Shown: piece by piece, positions 24,131 through 37,259 of the stretch | How the letters are laid out: each line of letters starts with the position of its first letter | Numbering within the stretch: the stretch's first letter is position 1 | Notes under the pieces: generated by a model | Told to the model about the DNA's origin: nothing | The model's database searches: none | Seen by the model: only the letters and a program-made list of their open reading frames with translations | Program-made: the position numbers and the translations under genes | Origin: Octopus sinensis | Lineage: Eukaryota | Length of the DNA stretch: 64,000 nt | Assembly: GCF_006345805.1 (NCBI RefSeq) | Contig: NC_042998.1 | Span: 23,250,001 to 23,314,000, forward strand | Direction: 5' to 3'

Positions 24131-27100
24131 ATATATATATACATACATCTGCATACACATACATACATACACATACATACTTATAAAGAAAAACAAGAGA
24201 ATCACCATGGAAGAAAGAACTCTAGCTGGTTGCAACCATGAAAAAAAAAAAACATTGATAGAAACGTTAAAACACCTTGAGGATGAAAGAAGCTTCACAA
24301 AGACTGCGTTACCAAGAAGAATAACAATTTGCCAGATACTGTATATTTTTAAAAGAAAAAACAAGGAAATAAACAAATATTTCATCATCATTATTGCTTG
24401 CAGAATGTAAACTGAGATGTCTACAAATAAATAAAATATAACCCCAAAGTATTTTTGTAGTATTATTTGCATAAATTTCACAGAAATATTCAGCAATCCC
24501 TGATTAAATATACTGTTTTTGTTATTTATTTTGATGTTATTTTTTTTCTTTTCATTGCAGTCATTGATATGATTATCATACGAAGCCACGGTGTCTTACG
24601 AAGGATTTAAACATCTTGGCTATTACAAAACATTCACATCTTGGAAAAGCAATCATTTTCTATGCTTACTCTGACAACTACATATTCTTGGCAAATTCAC
24701 ATAGTTCACTGCTAAATATACTTTGAAGAATCTGCCCAAAATCTGAGAATTCTTTAATATATATAAATGTCTAAGTGCTAAACATTTTATGTAGATTTAA
24801 TTTGATTTTAAGCTTAATTTAATTTTAAATAGAATTACTCTTTTATTTGTTTCAGCCATTTGACTGTGGCCATGCTGGAGCACTGCCTTTCATTGAACAA
24901 ACTAACTCCAGGACTTATTCTTTGCAAGCCTACTACTTATTCTGTCAGGCTCTTTTGCTGAACCGCTTAGTTAGGGGGGCGTAAACACACCAGCATCGGT
25001 TGTCAAGCGATGGTGGGAGTACAAACACAGACACAAAAACACACACACATGTATATATATATATATATACGAAGGGCTTCTTTCAGTTTCTCTCTACCAA
25101 ATTTACTCACAAGGCTATAGTAGAAGACTCTTGCTCAAGGTGCCATGCAGTGGGACTGAACCTGGAACCATGTGGTTGGTAAGCAAGTTATTTACCACAC
25201 AGCAACTCCTGTGCCTACTTGTTCAAATTGGTTTCAAAAGTGATGTTTTATCTCTGTACTGTGTATTGTTTTGGTTGCCTGGTTTGAACAAACCCATCAT
25301 TAAATGCATTAGAAGCAGTTATATTTTTCCAAACATTATATATCTTAGGACTTTATTATCCAATAAGACAGAATTTGAGGAAGATTTGACTGCTATTTTA
25401 GATGAGTCTAACAAGCATAGAGATTTCCTAATTCTCACTATTGTAAAATGTTTAAGAGAAGATGCATCTCTCACACAGATATAACCCCAGTCTTTCACTT
25501 GTAAAACTGTTAAAAAATTTGGTACCAATTTTTCACTAGTAAATGAATTGAAGAAAGCAGAATTTAAACTTTCTGCCGAGCAGACATGAAGAAAATAATT
25601 TGTCCATTTAGCTATTTTCCATTAACCAAATTAATTAATCAGAATGTCATTTGCTCACTTTAAAAAAATTAAAAAAAAGAATCTTTTAGTGTGATATTTT
25701 ATTATTTGTTTTTGTTAAATTATTTTCACATAAAAAATTTCCCCTTTTTCTATTCCTATCAACTTCAAATATTTATTCTGCTATTTACTTTCCTTCTTTT
25801 ATTTGAGTATCAGACAAAATACCTTGTGGTATTTCTTCCAGCCCTTTATGTCCTAAGTTCAACTTTGCCTTTTAACCCTCAGGGTTGATAAAATAAATTA
25901 CCAACCAAGTACTGGGGTTCACGGTATCAACTAACACATTCCCTTCAAAACCTCTGGTCATGTGCCTAAGATAGAAACCATTATTATATGCAATATAAAC
26001 AATATCTTTTTAGTTATATACAAGGATTATTTGAAAAGAAATTCGTTAAACCATAGTCTTCTATGTATTTTTTAAACTTAAAGCCATTGATCTATCTATG
26101 TGCTAATGATAGATTCCTATAGTGTAAAAAATTGATCATGCTGTGAACAGGGGATGGTAAAAGTCTATGATATATATATATATATATATATAGGAAGAGA
26201 GAGAGAATTGTGCATATGTGTACATGGCATAAGCATATGTGTGTGAGTGTGTATGTGTGCATGTACCAGTAGCAGTTGATTTTCTCTTACTTTTTACCTG
26301 ATTATATAGCACAAGCATTGTAGACAAGTCACTGTCATGAAGATTGAAATTCTATCAATCTGTTCTTTTATCTATGCAGTAATAACTGTACTCCTAAGTT
26401 TCTTTATAGAATGTATGCAATGGGATATCCTGTATATGGTGTTTTCCAACAGTCTATACACTAATAACTATCTTACTGACTTTCTTCATAAAAGTCATGT
26501 AATTGTCTATCCTGGATAAACGTGTTACCAGCTACATAATACCAAGTTCTTCTTGAATTATTTTATAACTGAAAAAGAGTTTTGTATGATACAGCAGATA
26601 ATGATCAGAGAGCATGACAGTGAGAATTGAATGAAGAGAGGCAAAGAAAATACAGTGAAAGATTGGGGAGAAGGCAAAGAAAAGAAAGCAAAATATGAAC
26701 GACGATGTTAGGGAAGAATATTTTGCACAAGCCAGAAGGAGAAAATAGGTTAGAAGAGGAAACACGATCAAGGAGAACAGACAAGATTTCCTAGAAATAA
26801 ATCAAAGGATAGGATGTTACTATCGGGAGATATTTTTATGGCAGACAAGATACCATGGAATTTCTACTGTTACTTCTTTATATCATTTAGTTTTTGATAG
26901 ACTGATTTGTGTAGACATACTTTAGAATATTCAGTGTATGTATGTGCAGGTGTACATGCATGCATATACATAAATTTATATATATTTCTTCAACTGTTTT
27001 GCAACTATTTTTCTATGCTGGTGTAAGCTGGATGGGTACTTATTTAAGAGGCAGTATTTTTATGGCTGGGTATTTTCCAGTCACCAGTTCTTCCTTGTTT

Positions 27101-28435
27101 CGAGAAATTTTTATTCCATGGCTTCAAGAAAGCAGAGCTACAGGACATAATGTTTCCTGGGAGTGTAAATGTGATTACACCATTTTTCACTCAGTTAATC
27201 TCATGAGAGAAGCAGAATGGCAACATTTATGCACACACACACGCGCGCGAAATTGAGTTACTAACCACTTAGGTGCCACAGAGCTTATGTAAGTTCTTGG
27301 AGAAGTAAATCTATTTCTTGGAAAGGTATAAATGTTGCAACAGTTCCAGTGTTTTAGTGTGACTGGGGATTGTCATTCTCTTTTAGTGCCTTATTATTTA
27401 ACACACTCACTGGTTTGATTTCCACTTAATTACTTATTTATTTTGAACATGGAGAATATAAATAGAACATTAAAATAAATAAGTAAATGAGTGGAAATAA
27501 AACCAGAGATTGAGTTAATTAATAAGGTGCTAAAAGTGAATGACTCTCCCCAGACACAATAGAATATGCTTCAACACATGAATTCACATACAAAATCTGG
27601 CAAACCAAAAACAAAAATGAAGTTCTAGTGTTATATCCTTAGAAATCTAAGATCATGTACCCTATGCAAGTAAAAATTTACTAGAAATAAGTTAAGAAAC
27701 AAGTAATTAAATAGCAGAAAGCATAAGCTTGGTTTTTTATTTTACAACTATTAAGAAAGTCTATGGCTGATCTGTACACAATTCCCTTGTGTCAAATTAG
27801 GTACAGAAATACACACAAACACACACACCTACACATACTGGCTTTCCAGTTGAGGTTCCAGTTGATCTGATCAATGGAACAGCCAGCCTGCTTGGGAAAT
27901 TGACATGCAAGTAGCTGAGTATTCTGCAGACACACATGTACCCTTAATGTAGTTCTCAGGAAGATCCAGCATGACACAGAATGTGACAAGGTTGGCCCTT
28001 TGAATTACAGGTATTATTCATTTTTGCCAGCTGAGTGGACTGGGGCAACGTGAAATAAAGTGCCTTGCTCAAGGATACAATATGCCACTAGATATCAAAC
28101 TTGTTATCTCATGATTGCGAGCTGAATGCCCTAACCACTAAGCCATACACCTTTACCACACACACATACACTGATACATCCTTTAGCAGTGGAGATTCTC
28201 CTCCTTTCTCTGTGTGTATATCTTTGTGTTTGTTTGTCCCCCACCACTGCTTGACAACTGGTGTTGGTGTGTTTACGTCCCTGTAACTTAGCAGTTCAGT
28301 AAAAGATACTGATAGAGTAACTACCAAACTTAGCAAAAAATAATAAGTAACGGGGTCAATCTATTTGACTACAGATTCTTCAGGACAGTGCCCCAGCATG
28401 GCTGCAGTCTAATGACTGAAACAAATAAGACATCC

Positions 28436-29142
28436 ATGCATACATACATACGCACATACATACATACGCACATACATACATACGCATACATACATACGCA
28501 CATACATACGTACATACACACGTACATACGCACATACATACACACGCACATACATACACACACACATACACACGCACATACACACGCACATACATACGCA
28601 CATACATATATACGCACATACATACATACATACACGCATACATACATACATACGCACATACATACATACGCACATACATATGCACATACATACACACGCA
28701 CATGCATACACACATACATACATACGCACATACATACATACATACGCACATACATACATACACACATACATACATACACACATGCATACACACATACATA
28801 CATACGAACATACATACATACATACGCACATACATACATACATACGAACATACATACATACATACATACATACAAACATACATACATACATACATACAAA
28901 CATACATACATACATACATACATACATACATACGAACATACATACATACATACATACATACATGCATACATGCATACATACATGCATACATACATACATA
29001 CATACATACATACACACACACACATACATACATACATACATACATGCATACATACATACATACATACATACATGCATGCATGCATACATACATACACACA
29101 CGCACGCACGCATGCATGCATGCATGCATGCATGCATGCATG

Positions 29143-29178
<36 letters not shown>

Positions 29179-29470
29179 TACATACATGCATGCATGCATA
29201 CATACATACATACATACATACATACATGCATGCATGCATGCATGCATGCATGCATACATACATACATACATACATACATACATACACACATACATACATA
29301 CATACACACACACATGCATACATACATACATGCATGCATACATACATACATACATACATACATACATACATACATACATACATACATACATACACACATA
29401 CATACACACATACATACATACACACATACATACATACGAACATACATACACACATACATACATACATGTA
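28436..29470. repeat. About 1-kb (CATA)n/(CACG)/(CATG)n/(CA)n compound microsatellite
   Basis: Direct inspection; starts right after the tail of the SINE at 28210-28430; explains six long spurious ORFs. Confidence 0.97.
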
Positions 29471-30039
29471 TATGTTGGCTGAAGCTAGAATCTCTAGGTT
29501 GCTGAGTGAAGGCAATTTCTCATCTATTAACATTCCCAGAAGAATATTGGAAGTAAATATAATTGTTAGAGGTTAAAAGAGAAAGGAAACACCTGCTTAT
29601 CAAACAAATATTCATAATTTACAAGTCAGAAATTGAAGAATAAATACATAATAGATATATAATATAGAAGCAGTCCATCACCGAACCAGCAGACAACTGA
29701 TTTTCATTGCATCTGAGACAGAAGTTTTGAAATATTGAAAATAAAAATAAAACAAAACAATAACAACAAAAAAAAGAAAGAAAGAAAGAAAAAAAGAGAG
29801 AAAAAGAAGAATGAAAAAAACTTAAAATTTTCTTTGCAACTCTACCAGTTAATTATGTTGATCTAATCTTAAAGGAATAGCCTGATATATGAAAAGATAA
29901 TTATTTTATATGTATGAGATGGGAAAAGCTATGAAGGGAAGTGAAAAAAAAATGATGAGATACCATCTATTTACAGATAGGTCAAATCTACTAGATATAA
30001 CTGATTTTATTTTGCATATGTATATATATTTACATACTA

Positions 30040-30100
30040 ATGAATAAATGAGCATATATATTTATATATATATATGGTGTGTGTGTGTGTGGTGTGTGTG

Positions 30101-30131
<31 letters not shown>

Positions 30132-30390
30132 ATATATATATATTTATGATATATATACATATATATATGTATGTATATTATATATATATATATATATATT
30201 ATATTATGTATATAATATGTATGTATGTATGTATATATATCCATATATCTATATATATCTCCAATATATCTCTATAGATATAATATTAAAGTATATATAT
30301 GTATAAATGTAGATATAATATGTAAGTATATAAATATATACATATATATATATCCTATATAACTGTATAGATATAGACATATATGTATAT
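30040..30390. repeat. (TA)-rich degenerate microsatellite
   Basis: Direct inspection. Confidence 0.9.
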
Positions 30391-30719
30391 ATCATAGCAC
30401 TCTGTCAGTTACGATGATGAGGCTTCCAGTTGATCTGATCAACAGAACAGCCTGCTCATGAAATTAACGTGCAAGTAGCTAAACACTCTACAGGCATGTG
30501 TACCCTTAACATAGTTCTTGGGGAGATTCAGTGTGACACAGTGACAAGGCTGGTCCTTCAAATACAGATACAACAGAAACAGGAAAAAATAGTGAGAGAA
30601 AGTTACGGTGAAAGAGTACAGCAGGGTTCACCACCACCTCCTGCCGGAGCCCTGTAGAGCTTTTAATTAGCAAATTCTATGGGTTTGGCTTTTGGTGAAG
30701 GAGAGAGTTCGATACTGCT

Positions 30720-31795
30720 GCCCTCTTTTGAGTTTCCTGTCTTGATATTGGTTCATCTGGGATCTTATATAGCAGGAGGTCAAGCTGTTTCTTGAAAACA
30801 TCTGCTCCCACACCACAGAGACCCCACAGATGTTTTGGCAAGGATTAAATAGCTGTGGCCTCTTGATTCCCAAGCTATTGTAGTACATGGTCCTTGCCTT
30901 AGATGAGGCAGCTGGGACTTTTGGAAAAGTGCAGTGATGTCCATTTCAACGTCTGGTATAACTCTCAATTCCTAAGTTTGGAGCCAGCCCCTCCAGTACC
31001 TTCCACACATATCACTGCATACCTCTCCCATCTTCGCTCCAGAGAGTAGAGTTGTAGCTCTTTCAGTCTCCCAGTAGCTCAGCTGTCCCATTGATGCAAT
31101 CTTCCTTGTGTAGTATTGCTGAATTGCCTCAAGTTCTGCTATTAATCCTATGGTATGAGGTGACCACAGCTGAGAGCAGTAGTCCAGATGGTTGAGGAAA
31201 AATGTCCTCCTTACGACCAGCATGGTTTCCTGGTCCCTTGTTCTGAAGGTTCTCAGAATCCATCCAGCCATTTGGCTGCACACTGCCATATCTTGGTGAC
31301 ATGCATGTGAAATAAGGCATTATTGCTCATATTAATCCCAAGATCATGCACCATATGTGATTTTAAGATTGCCGCTCATTTTGGGCCAAAGTATTGTTGT
31401 TGTAACTTCTGAGTACCAATTAACAGGTAGTGGAGGGCTTGGAATTTGCCTGCATTAAATTGCATGTTGTTGTCCTCAGCCCTTTTATATATAGCATCTA
31501 GGTCTTTCTGTAGAAGATGAGTATCAGAAGGTTCCTTGACTGCTTGTACTACTTTTGTGTCGTCAGCATAGCTAGCAAATGTGGCTGTCTGTGTAACTGA
31601 TGGCATGCCTGAAAGTGCCACAATGAACAATGGTGGCCCCAATACAGTTCCCTGAGGCACTCCACTTTCTATTAATGTCTCCGTGGAGATGGCTCTGTTG
31701 GCTGCTATGGCCTGGCTTATGTCTTTTAAGAAGTCATGCAACCACTCTCCAATTTTACCAGTTATGCCGAGTCTCCATAGTTTGTGACATATATA
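30720..31795 (-). mobile_element. Degenerate CR1-clade LINE (RT and C-terminal region)
   Basis: Translations GVPQGTVLGP.LF, ASYADDTK, MQFNAGKF, GWILRTFRTRD, HLDYCSQLWSPH, with frameshifts and stops. Confidence 0.88.
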
Positions 31796-31809
31796 TATAT
31801 ATATATAAG

Positions 31810-31970
31810 AGACAAAAGTGTACATATGCCACTATATTTTTATATATAAAAAATACAAAAATGGGACCAGAATGCAAAACATCCAGACAGACGATACAAA
31901 GAAAATAAGGACGGATAATTCGGAGTTTTCTTTCCTCAGTCGAGTTCCAGATTATCTTTGCAATTTATAC
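31810..31970 (-). mobile_element. Penelope-like terminal fragment within (TA)n
   Basis: Short non-coding block between TA tracts carrying CTGAGGA...GAAT...GTC on the minus strand; family assignment is inference. Confidence 0.4.
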
Positions 31971-32569
31971 ATACATAAACATATATAATATATATATATA
32001 TATACCTACAGACATATATACACACACATATATACACCCACATATATATATATTTACATGCATACATATTTTATCATATACTTAAGCTGAGGCACCACCT
32101 TGAAGGGTTTAGTCAAATAAGTCAACCCCAGTTCAAATTTTTAAGCCTGGTACTTTTATATCAATCTCTTTTGCCAAACTGCTAAGTCACGGGAATGTTA
32201 GGAAATCAACACCAGTTGTCAAGTGGTGGCGGCGGCGGTGGTTGTGGTGGAGAAACGGAAAGACATAGCACACACACGTCCAACTTATGCCAGCAGGGAA
32301 CATGGATATAAAAGAATGATAATGATGATGATGATAATAATGTTGATAAGCACACACACACACACACATATGATGGTCTTCCACACAGTTTCCATCAATC
32401 AAATTCCCTCGCAAGATATGAAACATTCTGTTTGGTGGTTGCAGTAACTTATCAATTTATCTTGAGGAGCGATTGGTAGCTCCTTGTTGAATTCTTCTCC
32501 ATAATTTCTGACCAGAGGATTGATAAGAGTGGTCCTCCACAGCTCTCCCCAGAGTGCTATATAGCTGTG

Positions 32570-32765
32570 AGAGAGGGAGGGGAGGTAAATGGAGAGGAAA
32601 GAGAGAGAGAGAGAGAGAGAGGGTAAGGGAAATGGAAAGAAGAGAGAACAGGAAGGGAGAGAGAGAGAGAAAGACAGACAGATGGAAACAGAGAGGGTAA
32701 GGAGAGAGGACAGAGAAAGACAGAGAGAGGGTAAGGGGGAAAAGAGAGAAGGGAGAACAGGAAGG

Positions 32766-32800
<35 letters not shown>

Positions 32801-33197
32801 GGTAAGGGGGAAAAGGAGAGAGGAGAGGAGAGAAAGAGGTACAGATAGACAGACAGAAAGAGGGTAAAGGGAAAGAAAGAAAGAGGAGAGAGAGAGAGAG
32901 ACACGGATAGACAGACAGAAAGAGGGTAAGGGGAAATAAGGAGAGAATAAGGAGAGAGAGAGAGAGACAGAAAGAGAAAGGGAGAGGAGAGAGAGAGAGA
33001 CAGATAGACAGACAGAAAGAGGGTAAAGGGAAATAAGGAGAGAATAAGGAGAGAGAGAGAGAGAGAGAAAGAGAGAGGGTAAGGGGAAAGGCGAGAGGAG
33101 AAGAGAGAAAGAGACACAGATAGACAGACAGAAAGAGGGTAAAAGGAAAAAAGGAGAGAAAAGAGAACAGGGAGGGAGAGAGAAAGAGAGAGAGAGA
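32570..33197. repeat. About 630-bp purine-rich (GA)-based complex repeat
   Basis: Recurring blocks AGAGAGAGGGTAAGGGGAAA and ACAGATAGACAGACAGAAAGAGGGTAAAGGGAAA. Confidence 0.92.
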
Positions 33198-34213
33198 ACC
33201 GATCCCTAAAAGTTACCTGGTATTCTGTTTATCTACCAGCCTGGGAAGGGTGAATGATGAAGATGATCTCAGCGGGTTTATGAAACCAAAGTGTGAAGCA
33301 GCCACAACAAATACCGCAAAATATTCTTTCCTTACACATCCTACACCCCACCGACACTATACACTACACACACATACACACACGCACACATGTACTCCCA
33401 TACAAATGTATCTGTGTTAATGTCGAGTATATATGTACGTTACTTTTATTGATTATCTTAAACTAATTCACACTATTGCTACCAAGTACTAAAGGTAAAA
33501 CAGACCGCTTGATTTGTTTTGTATTTTATATTTGATACACCTAAAAGTGGAATAAAGAATAAAAAAACCCATGCAAAACCTCTGGTAAAAAACTGAAAAA
33601 AAAAGGTATCTTTTTTTACTTGTTTAGAAAACTAGAATTTCCTCGCCTAAGAAACATATATATAAACCAAACGAGGAAGTTATACACACACATATACTTT
33701 ATATGTATAATTATATGTGTATATGCGTGTGTGTGTGTGTATAAAATTACATTAAGCTTTGTGGTTAGACTCCAGTCTGTGTGTGTGTGTGTGTGTATGT
33801 ATGTGTGTGTTTGTGTGTGTGTGTGTAAAAGATAAAAACAAAATCAAGAGGCAGATTTCACTGGAATATTGTGATTTGGTAACTAAAAATACTCGTGTGG
33901 ATAAGCCCAAGTGAAAGAGAAATAGAGTGCTAAGTCGGTTTAGAAGTGTTTTCGTTCCTGAAAAGGGTGAAAGGAGGTAAAAAAAAATCCAAATACAAAC
34001 TCCCAAAACAAACAAAAAACCACTACCTTTAAATGAAAGGAAAGAACGGGAAGAAAGAAAAAACAAACAAAAATAAAGCAGTAAAAACAAAGTAATATAT
34101 ATAAATATATATATAAAAGGTGAAAAATAAATAGATAAAAAACACACACAGAAAGCCAAAAAAAAAGAGAAATAATCTGAGACTAGTTGGTTCAGTCCGA
34201 ATCTAGAACCAGC

Positions 34214-34291
34214 ATGCGACGCAGGAGTAACGCAGGCCGTCCCAGCATTTGTAGCTGGGGGAGAAAAGATAGTTTGTTCCCAGGTATACAA
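34214..34291 (+). CDS. Candidate first coding (or uORF-bearing) exon of an unidentified gene: MRRRSNAGRPSICSWGRKDSLFPGIQ
   Basis: ATG at 34214 in unique, CpG-containing sequence after an A-rich leader; strong donor GTGAGT at 34292, alternative GTATAC at 34284. No homology recognised. Confidence 0.35.
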
Positions 34292-34451
34292 GTGAGTACT
34301 AACCAAGATTTATAGAAAAAAAAACTTTTTATTCTCTGCTTATTTCTCTGGTTTTGTGTCGTTTAGCTTATTTTGAAGAATCGATGCAGTAGTTTTTTTT
34401 ACTTCTTTTTTTTCCTTTTTTGATTTTTTTTCTTTCTGTCATGCGATATTG

Positions 34452-34485
<34 letters not shown>

Positions 34486-34650
34486 TAAATAAAAATTTAA
34501 AAAGAAAAGGAAAAAAAGATAGCAAGAAAGACGGAAAGCAAAAAAAACAAGGTGGGTGTGTGTGTGTGGGGAAAACAAAGTAATTTGTGTGTATGTCTGT
34601 CTGTCTATTATTTTCTGTGATGTTTTCCATTCATATTAATGGTACTACTA

Positions 34651-34978
34651 GCGAACGGTGGTCCCTGTGCGCGCACACGCGCAAATTAGTCGTATGTAGT
34701 CGATCCTACGACTTTTTAACCCTAACCCTAACTCTAACCCTAAACCTAATTTTTTAACCCTAACCCTAAACCTAACCCTAACCTTGGTACTAGTACCCCT
34801 AACCTTAGTTTGTTTATAAAAATAATTTACTTAGTTTAAAAGATTACTTAGGACCGACTAGCTAGGGTTAACCCTAACCTTAGTTTTTTTATAAAAATAA
34901 TTTATTTACTTAGTTTTAAAAAACATTATTTAGGATCGACTAGCTAGCGCGTGTGCGCGCACCGGGACCACTGTTCGC
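34651..34978. mobile_element. Foldback/MITE with 32-bp TIRs and internal telomere-like (TAACCC)n
   Basis: Arms 34651-34682 and 34947-34978 match 30/32; internal TAACCC variants and a tandem sub-duplication. Confidence 0.8.
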
Positions 34979-35129
34979 AACAATAACAAATACAAAGAAC
35001 TACAACAAAAATACAGCATCAATACTGACTCACATTTCAATATCTGTCAAACTAGATTGATATTGGCAAATATATAGTGGTCGTTTGTCGGTAAATAATG
35101 ATTAAACGGCGGTCATAAGCAGGTTGTTT

Positions 35130-35375
35130 TAGTATTACTATTACTATTATTATTATTACTATTCTTCTTTTTCTTCTTCTTATTATTATTACTATTATTA
35201 TTATTACTATTATTATTACTATTCTTTTTCTTATTACTATTATTATTACTATTATTATCATTATTATTATTACTATTCTTTTTCTTATTACTATTATTAT
35301 TACTATTATTATCATTATTATTACTATTCTTCTTTTTCTTCTTCTTCTTATTATTATTACTATTATTATTATTAC

Positions 35376-35411
<36 letters not shown>

Positions 35412-35480
35412 TATTACTATTATTATTATTATTATTATTACTATTATTATTATCATTACTATTATTATTATTATTATCAT
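35130..35480. repeat. Compound (ATT/ACT)n-(TTC)n trinucleotide array
   Basis: Direct inspection; source of the poly-Ile and poly-Asn ORFs. Confidence 0.95.
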
Positions 35481-35494
35481 TCCACGAGTAACCT

Positions 35495-35620
35495 TTCGAA
35501 GCGCCGCCCCCTATTGGGAGTTTCAATTGTTACTTACATTTCGTTGTTATCCTGCTTTTTTGTACACGGCCTTTTTTTCAAACGGACAAAACCCTTTTTG
35601 TAACTTTCGCCCTGTGTTTT
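35495..35620. promoter_or_regulatory. Candidate regulatory site: overlapping GC-box/CCAAT and CTCF-like motif
   Basis: GCGCCGCCCCCTATTGG at 35501-35517 (reverse CCAATAGGGGGCGGCGC) in locally CpG-rich unique DNA; motif match only. Confidence 0.3.
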
Positions 35621-36255
35621 GTCCCTTTATGTTTTAATTGATTTTTGCAAGCCCTTGTGGCCAATAAACGAACGAATTATTATTATTATTGTTGTATTCT
35701 GTAACAGGACGTTGACTGCTTCTAGATATTCAGGGTGTAGAAAGTATTGGATGAACACGGTAGTAATGCTGTATATATACAAGATGAAAATGCCTGTTAG
35801 GGATAGTTTATTTTCGAAGTGTGATATGTACACAACTAATACATATTCCCATAAATACTCATCTACACATCTCTCTCTCTTTCTCATATAAACATACATG
35901 CACATACATTTATATTAGCAGAGTTGTTTAGATGTTAGGGAGAATCCCTGGTAGTATTTGTTCTGGATCTTTGGTGCTCTGTGTTATGAGTTCAAATTCA
36001 GGTGAAGACAATTTTGCTTTACGTCTTTTTTTTTTAAGTGGATAAAATAAAATATGAGTCCAAGGCGCTGGATTGGCAGAATTGCAGTATCACTTTCAGT
36101 TATTTTGCATTCTGAGTTCAAACTTTGCTTCATACCTGCTGCCTTTTTATAGGGAGAAATTAGTCTTTCCAGTTAGACAGATGGAGCATAACAAAAACAA
36201 CAAACTCTGCCACAATATAATACACACACACACACAATTATATATATATATTATA

Positions 36256-36304
<49 letters not shown>

Positions 36305-36445
36305 AAAATAAAAAATATTAAAAACTGGGACAGAAGGCGAAACACCTAGAAGACGACACAAGAACCACAGGACGGGACATTCGAAGCCCTCAGTCATCAG
36401 TCAAGAACCGATCATCTTCGCAATTTCGGCTGATTATATATATAT
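36305..36445 (-). mobile_element. Penelope-like terminal fragment within (TA)n
   Basis: Between TA tracts; minus strand CTGATGA-hairpin-GAAT-GTC; similar layout to 31810-31970. Confidence 0.4.
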
Positions 36446-36790
36446 ATATTAGATATCACACATGACACATGTATATCAGCACACACACACACTCACATAT
36501 CTATGTATGTATACATAAATATACACTAACGTATTAATATAAATCTGTGTGTGTGTATGTATGTGCAAAATGTTTGCAGGCTAAGGAAACCACAAGAAGA
36601 ATTACTTATACAAAACTCTGGAAGAAGATGAAAAGACAGGCACTCAATTATAGACATATTCCTCATGGAAAAGTGAATTTTATAAAACAAAGATTTAGTA
36701 TATATATACATAAATACATACACACACACACACACGTACATGTGCCTGCATGTGTGTGTCTATATATCTAAACATCTATATCTATCTATC

Positions 36791-36823
<33 letters not shown>

Positions 36824-37218
36824 ACTCCATCACATGGCTCATATGACGTCCTTATCAAACACCCCACATGCATATGAATGTGTAATATATATATATATAT
36901 ATATATATGTAAGCTTTAAATATACTGTTTTTGGTGTATGTAATCTATGACATATATGTGTGGTGTGTGTGTGTATATATATATACACACACATATACAC
37001 ACGTTGTGTAGGCAGGATAAACGCAGCATAAAAGCACTAGCAGCACACTGTAGTGGTTGGCATTAGGAAGGGTATCCGGCTGTAGAAACCATGCAAAACA
37101 GACTGGAACCTGGTGCAGCTCCTTAGCTTGCCAGCTCTGATCAAACTGTCCAACCCATGTCAGAAATGACAAGGGACACTAAATGATGATGATGATATAT
37201 ACATAATACACTCACACA

Positions 37219-37259
<41 letters not shown>

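Noticed and set aside
26532-26568. Possible minus-strand terminal exon YKIIQEELGIM*
   Set aside because: Too short, unrecognised, and no supporting upstream exons.
28369-29576. Six ORFs of 267-374 aa
   Set aside because: Translations of a (CATA)n microsatellite (MYVC/HTYI repeats); the same applies to ORFs at 22.1, 30.1, 35.1 and 45.6 kb.
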